This document shows, piece by piece, positions 10,816 to 21,538 of a DNA stretch of 64,000 bases. Under the pieces are notes generated by a model, which worked only from the letters and a program-made list of their open reading frames with translations, ran no database searches and had not been told where the DNA came from. The DNA comes from an uncultured Chroococcidiopsis sp. GTDB taxonomy: Bacteria > Cyanobacteriota > Cyanobacteriia > Cyanobacteriales > Chroococcidiopsidaceae. Positions within the stretch are counted from its first letter, which is position 1, and each line of letters starts with the position of its first letter. A program made the translations under genes and the position numbers. The DNA lies in assembly GCA_964248365.1 (NCBI GenBank), contig CAXTYC010000024.1, positions 15,932 to 79,931 on the forward strand, written 5' to 3'.

Positions 10816-11928
10816 ATGGATTTGAATCGAAAACCTTACTACCAAACTGCTTTTGGTAGTGCATATTTAGGAAACAGCTTAGATTTAATGGCAGAAATTC
10901 CAGATGAAAGCATTGATCTAATCTGCACTTCACCACCCTTTGCACTAGTACGTAAAAAAGAGTATGGCAACGTTGAGGCGGAGCAATACGTAGAATGGTT
11001 TAAAGATTTTGCTGCACATTTTTATCGGATTTTAAAGCCAACTGGTTCACTCGTTATTGATATTGGTGGAAGCTGGATTAAAGGTTATCCAATCCGCTCA
11101 CTCTATCACTTTGAACTAGTTATCAATCTTTGTAAACCCAAAAATAAAGGTGGACTCGGCTTCTATTTAGCTCAAGAATTGTATTGGTATAATCCTGCCA
11201 AACTACCTACTCCTGCCCAATGGGTTACGGTGCGAAGAGAAAGAGTTAAGGATGCTGTCAATACTGTTTGGTGGCTTTCTAAAGATCCTCACCCAAAAGC
11301 CAACAATAGAAAAGTATTAAAGCCCTACAGTAATGCAATGAAAAATCTGTTAAAAAATGGATATAAAGCAAAACTGCGACCCTCTGGGCATGATATTTCT
11401 AGTAAATTCCAACAAGATAGAGGAGGTGCTATCCCCCCAAACATTATTGATGCAAGAGAAAATAAAGATAATACACAAATAGGCGATCCTATTGTGTGCA
11501 GTGTAGAAAGCCTAAATAATGAAGAGATGATACAACAGGGCAATGTTATTTCGGCTTCTAATACTGCTTCAAATGATTATTATCAGAGAAGATGTAAACA
11601 AGAGGGTCTGAAGCCACATCCTGCAAGGTTTCCTCAAGCTTTACCTGAATTTGTAATTAATATGTGTACTGATATAGGAGATTTGGTTTTAGATCCCTTC
11701 GCTGGTTCTAATATGACTGGTCGAGTTGCAGAAACATTACAAAGGCGTTGGCTAGCTTTTGAAATTGATGAACAATATATTGTAACTTCAAAATTAAGAT
11801 TTGAGGAAAATGCCCCTCTTGTTGTTGTCGCTGTAGATTTAACTGGTCAAGGTACTTCAGAGCCTTTAGCAGAAAGCGACTTATCAGAAATACCAATTCT
11901 TAAACAACACCTGTCTGGGGAAAACTAA
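10816..11928 (+). CDS. Site-specific DNA methyltransferase, beta class (probably N4-cytosine, M.PvuII-like)
   Basis: Catalytic TSPPF before SAM-binding VLDPFAGS; HPARFP motif. Confidence 0.92.
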   Translation: MDLNRKPYYQTAFGSAYLGNSLDLMAEIPDESIDLICTSPPFALVRKKEYGNVEAEQYVEWFKDFAAHFYRILKPTGSLVIDIGGSWIKGYPIRSLYHFELVINLCKPKNKGGLGFYLAQELYWYNPAKLPTPAQWVTVRRERVKDAVNTVWWLSKDPHPKANNRKVLKPYSNAMKNLLKNGYKAKLRPSGHDISSKFQQDRGGAIPPNIIDARENKDNTQIGDPIVCSVESLNNEEMIQQGNVISASNTASNDYYQRRCKQEGLKPHPARFPQALPEFVINMCTDIGDLVLDPFAGSNMTGRVAETLQRRWLAFEIDEQYIVTSKLRFEENAPLVVVAVDLTGQGTSEPLAESDLSEIPILKQHLSGEN

Positions 11929-11981
11929 TTATGAAACAGCTAGGCTGCTGATTTTAGATTAATAAAACTTCAAATAGGGAT

Positions 11982-13397
11982 ATGGAAACTAGAAATCTGA
12001 AAAAATTTACTTATGGTCATTAGTTTGAAGTTGAAAATTTTTATTTAAAAGAAATAATACGTCTCTGCAAAGAATGTGAGCCAGAGAGGAATACACTAGA
12101 AGCGGGGATAGCAGAACGATATTTTTCTAGGCATTCAAAACATACAGATTATACGCAGGCATCTGCAAACATTAGAAAGCTAGCAATGAATTGTTTTTTG
12201 TCTCTAAGAGCCTACCAGCTTATTGAAGATATACAAGGAGAACGCCAGTATAGAGTTACTGATTTAGCAGATAAAATTCTCAAGATTACGGACAATAATG
12301 AAGTTTCTCGGCTCTTTGCTGCTTATATACTAACTAATTTATCAGGAATGTCACTCTTAAAAGCTATAGAGGCAATCAATACTAGACGAGAAAAACCACA
12401 GCTAGAAACAATAGCGTATGAATTACAAGAGATGGGTTTCTCAATCTCACCAAATTCTATATATATTAGTACAATGAGAAGCAAAGCTAGCTTTGGCAGG
12501 AGTGGTTGAAGGGGAGTATGAAATAAATTGGGATGTAGTTTACGAAATTCTTGGATTAAACAAAGATTTTATAGATGAACTCTATACTCTAATACCCGCC
12601 CAAAAGCATTTTTTATTGAGCTTATTAAGTCTAGATGTAAAAGAGTTTACCCCTTGGAATAAAGTTGCTGAGCATACGCGAAGTATATATAAAATTAAAC
12701 TTACCGCTAAAACTTTTGTTAAAGACATTATAGAACCAATTGTCAAGGCTAATCTGATTGAAACAGAGAAAAGCACAGAGGGTAGAGGCGCAAAGCCAAA
12801 GCAAATCAAGCTCAGATATCTGAAACTGAACTTAATCGTAGCTTTAGTGATGTAGTTAATGATTTTACTCATGAAGATAAACACATTAAAGGTAAGGCAC
12901 TAGAGCTTTTAGCAATATGGATGATTCGCTTAACTAGTTTACGTTTTACAAAATGGAGAAGTAGAGAGGATGGTAAGGGCGAAGTTGATGTCCTTGCCGC
13001 CTCAGATAGATTTGTTTATCATAGATGGCAAATTCAATGTAAAAATACAAAAAAAGTTGACATAGATGTTCTGGCAAAAGAAGTTGGTTTAACCTTTGTT
13101 ACTGGTGCAGACGTAGTTATGGTAGTTACTACTGGAGAATTTACAAGAGATGCTTACCAGTATGCCTATCGTATGATGGAAGTTTCTTGTTACTATATGA
13201 TTCTTCTTCAAAGAGATGATATTGAGGCTATTAAACAAGATAAAACTAATATTATTGAAATCCTAGACAGAAAAGCTAGAAGAGTTTTTGCCAAGAAAGA
13301 GCTTAGTATCTCTAATGAAGAAATAGACGAAATTGAGTACGAAGAGGATACTGTTATTAACAGTAATATAACAAATGGTCTAGATGAATTGGAATAA
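11982..13397 (+). pseudogene. Restriction endonuclease with C-terminal Mrr-like PD-(D/E)xK domain, disrupted
   Basis: ATG 11982 is in frame with ORF 12186 but has TAG at 12021; frame breaks near 12480 and 12850; C-terminal EVDVLA..WQIQCKN..VVTTGEFT; next to MTase. Confidence 0.75.
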
Positions 13398-13525
13398 AAA
13401 ATAGTGGGTGCGTTCACTATCGCCTTGCAATTTCTGCTCTTGCAATTCGCACATAAACATCGAGCTGCATTACTTTTGTATCTGATACACAATTAGAGTC
13501 GCTCAATGTTTTAATACAGCACCTA

Positions 13526-13849
13526 CTACCTCTTTTGAATTATTTCACTGGGAGGGAGAGTTTCACAAGCGATCGCAAACAAATCTGTAGTTGCCAGCGG
13601 CTTACCCGTAACTGGATGGATCATGTACCCCGTCGCCGCCAGAATAGCCAACGTGTTCCACTTGGGTTCAGTATTCCCTCTTTCCAATTCACTAATCGTA
13701 GCTCGGCTGACTGTGAAGCCCGTCACCCTGTTTATCTCTACAAACAGATCGTCCATCGACCAGCTTTTAGCTGTTCTGAAATGCTTCAGGACTTGCCCCA
13801 AATCTTTTCTGCCTTTGTCGGTAATCAGGCAAACTGTTTCAACGGACAT
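13526..13849 (-). CDS. XRE/Cro-CI family HTH transcriptional regulator
   Basis: LKHFRTAKSWSMDDL..VSRATISELERGNTEPKWNTL. Confidence 0.85.
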   Translation of the reverse strand: MSVETVCLITDKGRKDLGQVLKHFRTAKSWSMDDLFVEINRVTGFTVSRATISELERGNTEPKWNTLAILAATGYMIHPVTGKPLATTDLFAIACETLPPSEIIQKR

Positions 13850-13978
13850 AATATCTCTTGGCTCTATGTCTATTGTATAACACGTTGGATAAAAATAGCT
13901 TGCCTAACTCTTGTTATATTATATGCTATATGCTATATTGAAATAAACCATTTTGAAATAGCAATCAAGAGGTGTCAG

Positions 13979-14596
13979 ATGTCCACTTGCCTAATTGAAC
14001 TGATTAAGCCCTACATCGAATCAATTAACCTGGAGGAAGTGGCGGCACATCTGAAAGTAGGCGTTGGGGATATTCTCAAAAGTGAGTTTTGGGCGTTTGC
14101 CTTGTGGTTCAAGGTAAGTGGTAGGGGTGGAGTGTTAGTTAGTCCTCGGAAAATGTCATTTTGGCTAGTAGCAATCAAAAAAGCGATTCAAGCTTGCCTC
14201 GATTTGGAAAGTATAGAAAAACTCAAAACTGCCCTGGAAGTAGAATTTTTAAGGGTAGGCATCCGCTCAAAGCAACAACAGATATATTCCGAGCCAGTTG
14301 TCGCGCAATTACGGCAGCTAGTAACGCAAAGATTTCGACAGATTGAAATAGAAACGGCGGCGTGTCGTCAAGCACAAGCCTTAACAGAATCTTATAAACC
14401 GATAATTAAACAGTGTGGAGATCAAGAATCTCTGGATGCGGTAGCACAGCTAATCAGGAAAAATAACTCCTTTTTTGCGCCATTTCCCCACCTGCTGCAA
14501 CAACTGCGACAAGTTTGGGCGCGGCGGCGCTCTGAAATTGGGGGTAAGGGTGGGTTGATTAGCCAGATAACTGTAGGGGCGGGTTATCTGCCATGA
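13979..14596 (+). CDS. Hypothetical protein divergent from the XRE regulator
   Basis: ATG 13979 after GAGGTG; the longer 13535 start would overlap the XRE gene; the 3' end runs into a REP-like element. Confidence 0.65.
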   Translation: MSTCLIELIKPYIESINLEEVAAHLKVGVGDILKSEFWAFALWFKVSGRGGVLVSPRKMSFWLVAIKKAIQACLDLESIEKLKTALEVEFLRVGIRSKQQQIYSEPVVAQLRQLVTQRFRQIEIETAACRQAQALTESYKPIIKQCGDQESLDAVAQLIRKNNSFFAPFPHLLQQLRQVWARRRSEIGGKGGLISQITVGAGYLP

Positions 14597-14639
14597 TTGT
14601 CACACAATTCAAGGTCAAACCTGCCCCTAAGCTTTTATC

Positions 14640-14924
14640 CTACGACTCGACTTTTACACCTCGCCAGAAAGCAATATAACCCTCAATATTTTTGGCTTTC
14701 TCCTTAGCTGTAGGATAGTACCAAGCAGCATCCTTATTAACTTGCCCATCGACTTGGATGTTGTAGTAGCTAGCAACTCCTTTCCAGGGACAAGTTGTGT
14801 GGGTGGAGGATTCTTGGAAATACTGCTGATTGATAGTTTCAGGTGGAAAGTAATGATTGCCTTCCACAACGACGGTGCGATCGCTTTGGGCTATAACCGT
14901 TCCATTCCAGATTGCTTTTGCCAT
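14640..14924 (-). CDS. DUF427 domain protein
   Basis: VVEGNHYFP, TTCPWKGVASYY, DAAWYYP. Confidence 0.93.
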   Translation of the reverse strand: MAKAIWNGTVIAQSDRTVVVEGNHYFPPETINQQYFQESSTHTTCPWKGVASYYNIQVDGQVNKDAAWYYPTAKEKAKNIEGYIAFWRGVKVES

Positions 14925-14977
14925 AAGTTGCAACAGATGAGACTTTCTATATATCTATTATTAATTGGGCGTTTGAA

Positions 14978-15511
14978 TTAATCTGACTCATACTCGGTAT
15001 CATCGAGATAATAAGATGGCGGTGATTTGAGACGATTTTTTTCTAAATTTGTTAATGCCTCTGTGTTTGCTTCCCCATTGCCTGGGTACAGATGCATTGC
15101 CTGCCTTTGATTAGGTGGAAGACGATCAATACTGCGGCGATTGGATGGCGAACGGGTAAAGGTTTTCCAGGCTGCTTTCACCCCAGTTAAAATGCTCTTG
15201 GTGTTGACTTGAATATTTTGAGTTTGTTGCTTAGCTTGTTCCAGGCTTTGATCGACTTTTTTAACTACTTGCCCAGCACTTTGGACACCCTCACTGACAT
15301 CATCAGTTAACTGGGTGATTTCCAAGCCAGTTAGACGGATAGCATCTAAAGTAGGTGGTAAATCTCGCCTGAGAGTATCAAATAACTTTTCAGCACTACG
15401 AGCTGCCCGTGCTAACTCTTGTATTGCTGGCAAGGCAGCCACCAACACCGCCGTCAGACTAACAGCGACTAGTAGAATAGACAGTCCGAGCCAAAACAGG
15501 GGATCAATCAC
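14978..15511 (-). CDS. DUF948 family membrane-anchored protein
   Basis: N-terminal TM helix plus coiled coil; downstream of YtxH-like gene. Confidence 0.75.
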   Translation of the reverse strand: MIDPLFWLGLSILLVAVSLTAVLVAALPAIQELARAARSAEKLFDTLRRDLPPTLDAIRLTGLEITQLTDDVSEGVQSAGQVVKKVDQSLEQAKQQTQNIQVNTKSILTGVKAAWKTFTRSPSNRRSIDRLPPNQRQAMHLYPGNGEANTEALTNLEKNRLKSPPSYYLDDTEYESD

Positions 15512-15522
15512 GACAAAGGAAC

Positions 15523-15873
15523 CTATAAGCGATCGCTTAGAGTTGGATGAGATTCGGGGGGAAGCTCAGCACTTTGCCGCTTGAGTACTTGACGTTCTTG
15601 CCCACTAGCTTCTATCCCAGCAGCTAGAGCCTCCCTTAATCGCTCTAGCGTCTCATCCCAACTGCGTAGAGCCGATTCTGAAAGGCGATCTGCCTGTAGC
15701 TGCACACTTGTCGATAAATCCTCTGCCAATTCTGGTAGGGCGTCGGCAGATTTTTTTAAGATCTGCCGCGTTTCTCGACCTGAGCGCGGAGCCATGAGCA
15801 ATCCGGTAAGAGTCCCAACGGCAGCACCTAGTAATACACCGCCAATAAATACTCCTGAACGGTTGTTAGACAT
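15523..15873 (-). CDS. YtxH domain-containing protein
   Basis: FIGGVLLGAAVGTLTGLLMAPRSGRETR; AAGGAG RBS. Confidence 0.9.
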   Translation of the reverse strand: MSNNRSGVFIGGVLLGAAVGTLTGLLMAPRSGRETRQILKKSADALPELAEDLSTSVQLQADRLSESALRSWDETLERLREALAAGIEASGQERQVLKRQSAELPPESHPTLSDRL

Positions 15874-15991
15874 ATGCGGGGTTTTCTCCTTACACCCATT
15901 GTAGGCAGGTTTTAACCCCTTGTCAGACGATGCCATTAATGCACCACGTTTTGCTTACCATACCACGCACGGAGTTACCTTTATCATTTGG

Positions 15992-16312
15992 TTAAAGGCG
16001 GCTTCTGATTAATGTGGATGGGCGGAGGCGCTGCCAAGCTTGTCGTCCGAGAACAAGGAGAGATAAAACCTGTCGTACTTGTTGCAGTTGTAATTGTAAC
16101 GGTTCATTACCCTGTCGCAGTCGATAAATTCCTGCTTGACCTAAAAAAATAGAATTAGGAGCGCCCCACAAAACGGCATGGGTACTACGTTCAATCGCAC
16201 TTAAAGTATTTGCTACTCGTGCCAGTCGCTGCCTCAAAAGCCTAAGCCGCCACGCTACATAGAGAAGCATCAAGGCTATGGCTAAGTTAATAACTACAAC
16301 GACCGTCACCAT
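15992..16312 (-). CDS. Hypothetical membrane protein
   Basis: N-terminal TM helix; co-oriented with ytxH/DUF948. Confidence 0.7.
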   Translation of the reverse strand: MVTVVVVINLAIALMLLYVAWRLRLLRQRLARVANTLSAIERSTHAVLWGAPNSIFLGQAGIYRLRQGNEPLQLQLQQVRQVLSLLVLGRQAWQRLRPSTLIRSRL

Positions 16313-16452
16313 AGGGGCAACTCCCTCCCAACTCAAATTATATTTTAATCAACCACTGATAACATTTTGATATTAAACAGCTATACATCGTTGGGCTGAA
16401 GATTTTTAGTAGAAACACAATAATTTCATCCCCAGGGAGCAAGAACACAGCA

Positions 16453-17994
16453 TCAAATTACAGATTTAAGTTTTTGGGCTGCTTCGTTGAGTAGCCCAGT
16501 GCTGACTTTAACTTGAGTAATACCACTAGCAGTTTCACTCGCCCCTAAATTGAGCGCGTTCATTGCTGTCACCACCTGTTGTATGGCACAAGCTTGTTGA
16601 TCCGCATTGAGAGCGATTTGTTGGGTGTTGAGATAAACATTATTGATCGAATCGGCAACACCTGAGAACTTTTCGGCTGTCTGGTAAGTCAACTTCATTC
16701 CAGAGTCTACTGTTTTAGTACCTTCATCTGCTACCATCACGGTGGTATTGATTGCCGCCCCAATATCGGCGACTAAGGCACTAATTTCCTGAGCCGATTT
16801 TTTGCTTTGATCAGCAAGTTTACGAATTTCACTAGCAACAACACCGAATCCCTTGCCATGTTCGCCAGCACGAACTGCTTCTACTGCTGCGTTGAGTGCT
16901 AGCATATTCGTTTGGTTAGCTAAGTCTCCGACTAATCCAGAAATACCACCAATTTGATTGGTCTGTTCGCTCAGACGTAGAATCTGCTCAGCAAGTGCGC
17001 CAACTTTCTCTTTGAGCGTGGACATTCCCTCGATAGTTTCTTGGACGGCAAAAGTGCCTTCTTCAGCTAGAGATAATGCCATCCGCGCTCCCTGTGCTGA
17101 AGCTTCGGCTTGGAGGGCTGATTGACGCGAAGATGCATCTAGCTCATCCATAGTAGTAGTAGTTTGATTGACTGAACTAGCTTGCATTGTAATTGTACGT
17201 TCTTGCTCCTCTAGGGTAGTAGCAATTTCATTGGAACTTGTAGAGATAGCTATTCCAGCATCGTTAATTGCCTGAATATACCGTTTCATCATCCGCAGTA
17301 CAGCTATCCAAGCAAACAGTAAAATTCCCAGAGTTACCCCAATTATCACGAGCGCTGAAAATGCCTGCTGAGATCTTGCCTTGATATTTGCTTCCACATA
17401 CTTCTTCAAAGCAGTTGTAGCCTCTGACAATCCTTGGGAATAAATTTTCTTTTGCTTTTCGTACTCAGAACTTAGTAGCAAAGATGTTGCCGCTTCGTGA
17501 TGCCCTTGGTGTACTAAGTCGAATGCTTGTTTCTCCATTTCAACCAATTTATTGTTAGCGGCATTCGTCTTAGTAAATGCTTCACTTTTAAAGATACTAG
17601 GTACAAGTTTCTGGGCTTCAAACAGGGCAGCATCTAATTTTGGTACAAAGTTGAAATAACGTTCTTCCCATCGCTTGTTGCTAGTAGTGGCGGCAAGACG
17701 AGCGCTAGATGTCAAAACTTCATCTAGATAAGTAATTTCATTACTCAAGTCCTGAATTCGCAAATCTTGAGAGGATATCTTTTTAAAAGCGCTGTACAAA
17801 TCCCAAACGTACCACCCCATACCTGCACATAGAAAAATAGTAAGAGTTAAGGGAATCAGGAGGATATTGAGGCGACGTGAACCGTTAGAGGAAGTTTGGT
17901 TTTCCAAAAAAGATTTTGGAGTTGGGATGTGTTTTCCTTTAAACTTTTGAGTCATAACTTGCTTTGATATGGGTAGGCTCTTTGGGTTCGACAA
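16453..17994 (-). CDS. Methyl-accepting chemotaxis protein
   Basis: Two TM helices around a helical periplasmic domain; [34 protein letters not shown] signalling hairpin; start uncertain. Confidence 0.95.
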   Translation of the reverse strand: MSNPKSLPISKQVMTQKFKGKHIPTPKSFLENQTSSNGSRRLNILLIPLTLTIFLCAGMGWYVWDLYSAFKKISSQDLRIQDLSNEITYLDEVLTSSARLAATTSNKRWEERYFNFVPKLDAALFEAQKLVPSIFKSEAFTKTNAANNKLVEMEKQAFDLVHQGHHEAATSLLLSSEYEKQKKIYSQGLSEATTALKKYVEANIKARSQQAFSALVIIGVTLGILLFAWIAVLRMMKRYIQAINDAGIAISTSSNEIATTLEEQERTITMQASSVNQTTTTMDELDASSRQSALQAEASAQGARMALSLAEEGTFAVQETIEGMSTLKEKVGALAEQILRLSEQTNQIGGISGLVGDLANQTNMLALNAAVEAVRAGEHGKGFGVVASEIRKLADQSKKSAQEISALVADIGAAINTTVMVADEGTKTVDSGMKLTYQTAEKFSGVADSINNVYLNTQQIALNADQQACAIQQVVTAMNALNLGASETASGITQVKVSTGLLNEAAQKLKSVI

Positions 17995-18087
17995 TTTAAC
18001 TAGAAAGTTTTAGTCCAAAACATGGGATAACGTGGAACGCACATTATGTATAGCGTTCATCCCTGACAAAATCTAGTATTCCCAAGA

Positions 18088-18106
18088 TTTACACAAGATT
18101 TACAAA
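18088..18106. promoter_or_regulatory. HLR1-like (RpaB) 11-bp-period direct repeat upstream of the MCP gene
   Basis: TTTACACA-AGA-TTTACAAA against the (G/T)TTACA(T/A)(T/A) repeat consensus. Confidence 0.5.
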
Positions 18107-18526
18107 CGAGTAACTAATCTTGGCTATTTATGTTGCCAAAAATTATTTAAATACTGCTTGACTTCTGCTACAAATTGTATATATTTTCAGATCTTGCGCC
18201 TACCCGATGACCCGCCTGCAAATTAATTTGCACGAACCAATAGCGAAAGTCCTCTCTCGAGAGGACTGGCAAACACATCTAGTCTACCAATGTGAATTTA
18301 AGCTTAAGCTACGGAAATTTATTTGCTTGCTGGTAGGAGCGTTAGTGTAAGATATGAATATTGCTTTTTAAAATTTTTGCAACGCCGATTAGCCCAAGCC
18401 TTCTTTTGAAGCTTCTTAGTCCTTTAGAGACAGACTCCTTTTGCACCTTAGCGACGAGCGCGTCTACTCTTCGAGAAGCCTCCCTTCGGTCGTCTATGCG
18501 CGACAAAAATCCAAAATATAACTGAT

Positions 18527-18826
18527 TTAAGCCAAAAGCTTGTATAAACGAATATCTGGCTCAGACGCTATCAAGCCTTCTAATTTGTCTGATGCCGCCT
18601 CAATGTGGGGTGAAGCAAGGTGTGTATCGAGAGCAGCCTGAGAAGTCCATTCTTCTACAAAAGTAAAATCGGTTGGCTCGGTATGATTTTGCAACAGTTG
18701 ATATTGAATGCAGCCATCTTCGGCGCGTGTTGGCTCGATTAATTCCATGAGGATCGCTCTTACCTCCTCTACATTTTCAGGCATAGCGACAACACGAGCA
18801 ACGACGCGAACGGTTTGATTAGTCAT
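18527..18826 (-). CDS. Putative quinol monooxygenase (ABM domain)
   Basis: PTRAEDGCIQYQL, FTFVEEWTSQAALDTHLASPH. Confidence 0.9.
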   Translation of the reverse strand: MTNQTVRVVARVVAMPENVEEVRAILMELIEPTRAEDGCIQYQLLQNHTEPTDFTFVEEWTSQAALDTHLASPHIEAASDKLEGLIASEPDIRLYKLLA

Positions 18827-18941
18827 TTCACCCAATAATTAATAAAATAAAACTGTTGCCATTGTAAGGGCTGGTTTATTCGAGGTATCTGTAGAACATC
18901 AAAATTATCAATAAACCAGCCCGTACCCACGTCATAATAAT

Positions 18942-19580
18942 TTAGAATTTAGAATTTATCTGACGAGCTGCTACCTGGTAACGAAAGATGTATTCTACCA
19001 ACTCTATGTAATTACGTGCGGCGGGGAGTGAAGATCCCCAAACAGTGATGCCGTGATCTCGGATGAGCAAAGCTGGTATTCTAGGGGGAGTAGTGCAAAA
19101 GCGATCGCTAATTTCGGCTGCAATCCTGGGAACTTCTAGATGGTTCTCAAACACAGGCATTCCTACCTGTGGCTTTTCTTCCCACACCCCTAAACCTTTA
19201 AGCATTTCTAGAGAAGGCAATGGTAGCTCATCCCCACTCGTAAAGTGAGAGACTAAATTTGCTTCTATTGAGTGGACATGATAGCAAGCTTGAGCAGAGG
19301 GAAATAGATTGTAAATCGTTTGATGAATTATAGTTTCAGCCGAAGGCTTTACGTCAGCAGATGCTTGCTCTAATACCTTACCGTCAATAGTGACACGGAC
19401 AAAATCGTTTTCTGTTAATTCACCTTTAGATTTACCACTGGCTGTAATCCAAAAGCTATCGTCGGCTTGACGTGCAGACAGATTCCCCGCAGTTCCCACC
19501 ATCCAGTAATGCTTATAGAAATGACGGGCGGCTTCAATTAGTTCAAAGCGTGGATCTGCTTTCTTTAATTCATAATTCAT
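18942..19580 (-). CDS. mtnB: Methylthioribulose-1-phosphate dehydratase
   Basis: Class II aldolase motifs GTAGNLS, ITASG, KPSAET, HVHS, DHG; ATGA overlap with mtnX. Confidence 0.93.
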   Translation of the reverse strand: MNYELKKADPRFELIEAARHFYKHYWMVGTAGNLSARQADDSFWITASGKSKGELTENDFVRVTIDGKVLEQASADVKPSAETIIHQTIYNLFPSAQACYHVHSIEANLVSHFTSGDELPLPSLEMLKGLGVWEEKPQVGMPVFENHLEVPRIAAEISDRFCTTPPRIPALLIRDHGITVWGSSLPAARNYIELVEYIFRYQVAARQINSKF

Positions 19581-20200
19581 AATTGTTTTAAATAATCGCG
19601 CACCTGAAAAAAATCGTTCCAAGGAATGTAGGGCTTTTGTTGTTCATCGAGATATTCTGCTAGGCGATCGCGCGCAAAAACAACAGGTGTTTCAAGAGCC
19701 ATGTTAAGATCAGTAATTGAGTCACCAATAGCAATTTTCTCATCAGCTCGATATTGTGCCATCACTTGCACCTTATTAACCAGTTCCGTACCCCCCTCAT
19801 ATTCAGATACCACCCGTAAATGAGAGCCATTGGTATCAACATCAACAGCATGGATAGCATGAATTCTTGGCAATAAGCTTGCTAAGACAACTTCAACTAT
19901 CCCTCTTAATCCGCCAGAAATCACTACTATAGGCACTTGCTCAGACTCTAGCCAGTTTAGCAATTCTATAAATCCTGGTCGAATTGGCTGGAATTTTGTA
20001 AATTCGATCATTTTGGGGTATGATGCCGACGGTATCGACTCTAAAATTTGCCGAACTCCTTGGCGCAAAGTTAATTGCTGCGCATACATTTGAGGAATTA
20101 TTCTCGCTGAAATTTCCGGCGCAAATCGTTTTAGTACGGCAACAAAAGTTTCTTCTGCTGTAATTGTGCCATCAAAGTCGCAAAAAATAATTCGCTTCAC
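19577..20200 (-). CDS. mtnX: HAD-IB phosphatase (HK-MTPenyl-1-P phosphatase)
   Basis: FCDFDGTIT, ISGG, IGDSITD; position in mtn operon; GTG start at 20200. Confidence 0.88.
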   Translation of the reverse strand: MKRIIFCDFDGTITAEETFVAVLKRFAPEISARIIPQMYAQQLTLRQGVRQILESIPSASYPKMIEFTKFQPIRPGFIELLNWLESEQVPIVVISGGLRGIVEVVLASLLPRIHAIHAVDVDTNGSHLRVVSEYEGGTELVNKVQVMAQYRADEKIAIGDSITDLNMALETPVVFARDRLAEYLDEQQKPYIPWNDFFQVRDYLKQL

Positions 20201-20428
20201 TTCCGCCCTCAAATTCAGTAGATTAGTAATTTTAAGCTGATGTACCTTTAATTTGTAGTGATGATATGCAAGAGGTCCAGAGGCAATTTTTATATGCAAT
20301 AGCTTAGTACTAAAAATCGGCGTTGCACAATATGTTAATAATCTTCCTTAAATCTTCCTTTAGATATTAAATTAGCCTTGGTTTTTCTTAGCGCCTTTGC
20401 GCCTTTGCGTGACACTTCCCATTCAAAT

Positions 20429-21535
20429 TTATCTGGTTCCACTAGTTCCACTAAAACGCGCCAATGCTTCAAAGAACGCCTTGACACCTGCTGCTGCACC
20501 ATCGGGATGATCCATAATACCAGTGCCAGAGTTGAGAATTACATCTTTACCGTAGTCGGCTAGTACTTGGGGAACTATACCAGGATGAATGCCAGCTGAA
20601 GGAACGGGAAAGACATGACGCGATCGCAACTCATCCCGAATTTTAGCTTCCTGGGCAGCCTCAAAGGGCAAACTACCATAGTGCGCCGGATAAAGTACAG
20701 CATCCGCCCCAGCCCTCGCCATCAATGTACCCAAAATGACTGAATATGCAAAACCGTAATCTGGTGCTGCACACAGCGCCCCTGCTAACGCAGGATGAGC
20801 AAAGATTGGTACATTAATTTCCTGATCAGATGCCAAAGCTTCTAAAACAGAAAAGCCGTAGGAAAGTACATTTAGTAGCAGTGCATTTGCCCCTTCGCGC
20901 ACGAGTAGACGCGCCCGCTCTTGTAACTTGTCGGCTCTACCCGTAACATTAACCGCATATAATACCTTTCTACCTTTTTGCTGCTGCAATTCCAGCACTT
21001 TTCGGCAAGCATGGAGACGTTCTAAAGTCGGTGCGACTTCAAGATCGCCCAAAATTTCATCATCTTTGATAATATCAAGTCCCGCCTGGGTTACTTCTTG
21101 TAAAATTGCTGCGTGATCGGTGGCGGTTAATCCCAGTGCTGGTTTAAATATTGCCATCACCAGGGGACGATCAAATACTCCCAAAATATTGCGAATTCCC
21201 CCAATTCCAAACTTGGGTTGTATTCCATAAGTTTCTGGTAGTCGCACCGCTATTACTTTTGCCGCACCTGCCATAGAATATTTGCCAAAGATCATCGTCA
21301 GCAAGCTGGAATTGTCGCCCTCTACATTTGCTAAAGGGAAGCCAATAGTAGCAATGCTATATCCATCAGATTGGGTGTAAACTGATAGCACTTCACCTAG
21401 ATGGGAGCGCAAAACATCTTCTCTATGGGCAAAGCGAGCATTCCAAGTACCAGCCGTTTGCCCAATAGCGATCGCCTTAGCCCCACGCCCTGCATCTGTA
21501 CCTGGAGGAAAGCGGTAATCGACCTCTATTACCAT
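20429..21535 (-). CDS. mtnW: RuBisCO-like protein (form IV), 2,3-diketo-5-methylthiopentyl-1-phosphate enolase
   Basis: IFGKYSM, IFKPALG, DIIKDDE, FAHPA, PVPSAGIHPG, HPDG; mtn operon context. Confidence 0.93.
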   Translation of the reverse strand: MVIEVDYRFPPGTDAGRGAKAIAIGQTAGTWNARFAHREDVLRSHLGEVLSVYTQSDGYSIATIGFPLANVEGDNSSLLTMIFGKYSMAGAAKVIAVRLPETYGIQPKFGIGGIRNILGVFDRPLVMAIFKPALGLTATDHAAILQEVTQAGLDIIKDDEILGDLEVAPTLERLHACRKVLELQQQKGRKVLYAVNVTGRADKLQERARLLVREGANALLLNVLSYGFSVLEALASDQEINVPIFAHPALAGALCAAPDYGFAYSVILGTLMARAGADAVLYPAHYGSLPFEAAQEAKIRDELRSRHVFPVPSAGIHPGIVPQVLADYGKDVILNSGTGIMDHPDGAAAGVKAFFEALARFSGTSGTR

Positions 21536-21538
21536 TTG

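Noticed and set aside
13535..13978. 353-aa version of the hypothetical ORF
   Set aside because: Overlaps the XRE gene antisense; a good RBS and ATG exist at 13979
9675..14600. R-M island integrated at tRNA-Leu
   Set aside because: The island lies on the 5' side of the tRNA; no duplicated tRNA 3' end or integrase was found
17999..18077. c-di-GMP riboswitch upstream of the MCP
   Set aside because: Lacks the GGCAAA/GNRA tetraloop-receptor signature; kept only as an unknown hairpin
20429..21535. True RuBisCO large subunit
   Set aside because: Only 368 aa, lacks form I motifs, and sits within mtn genes
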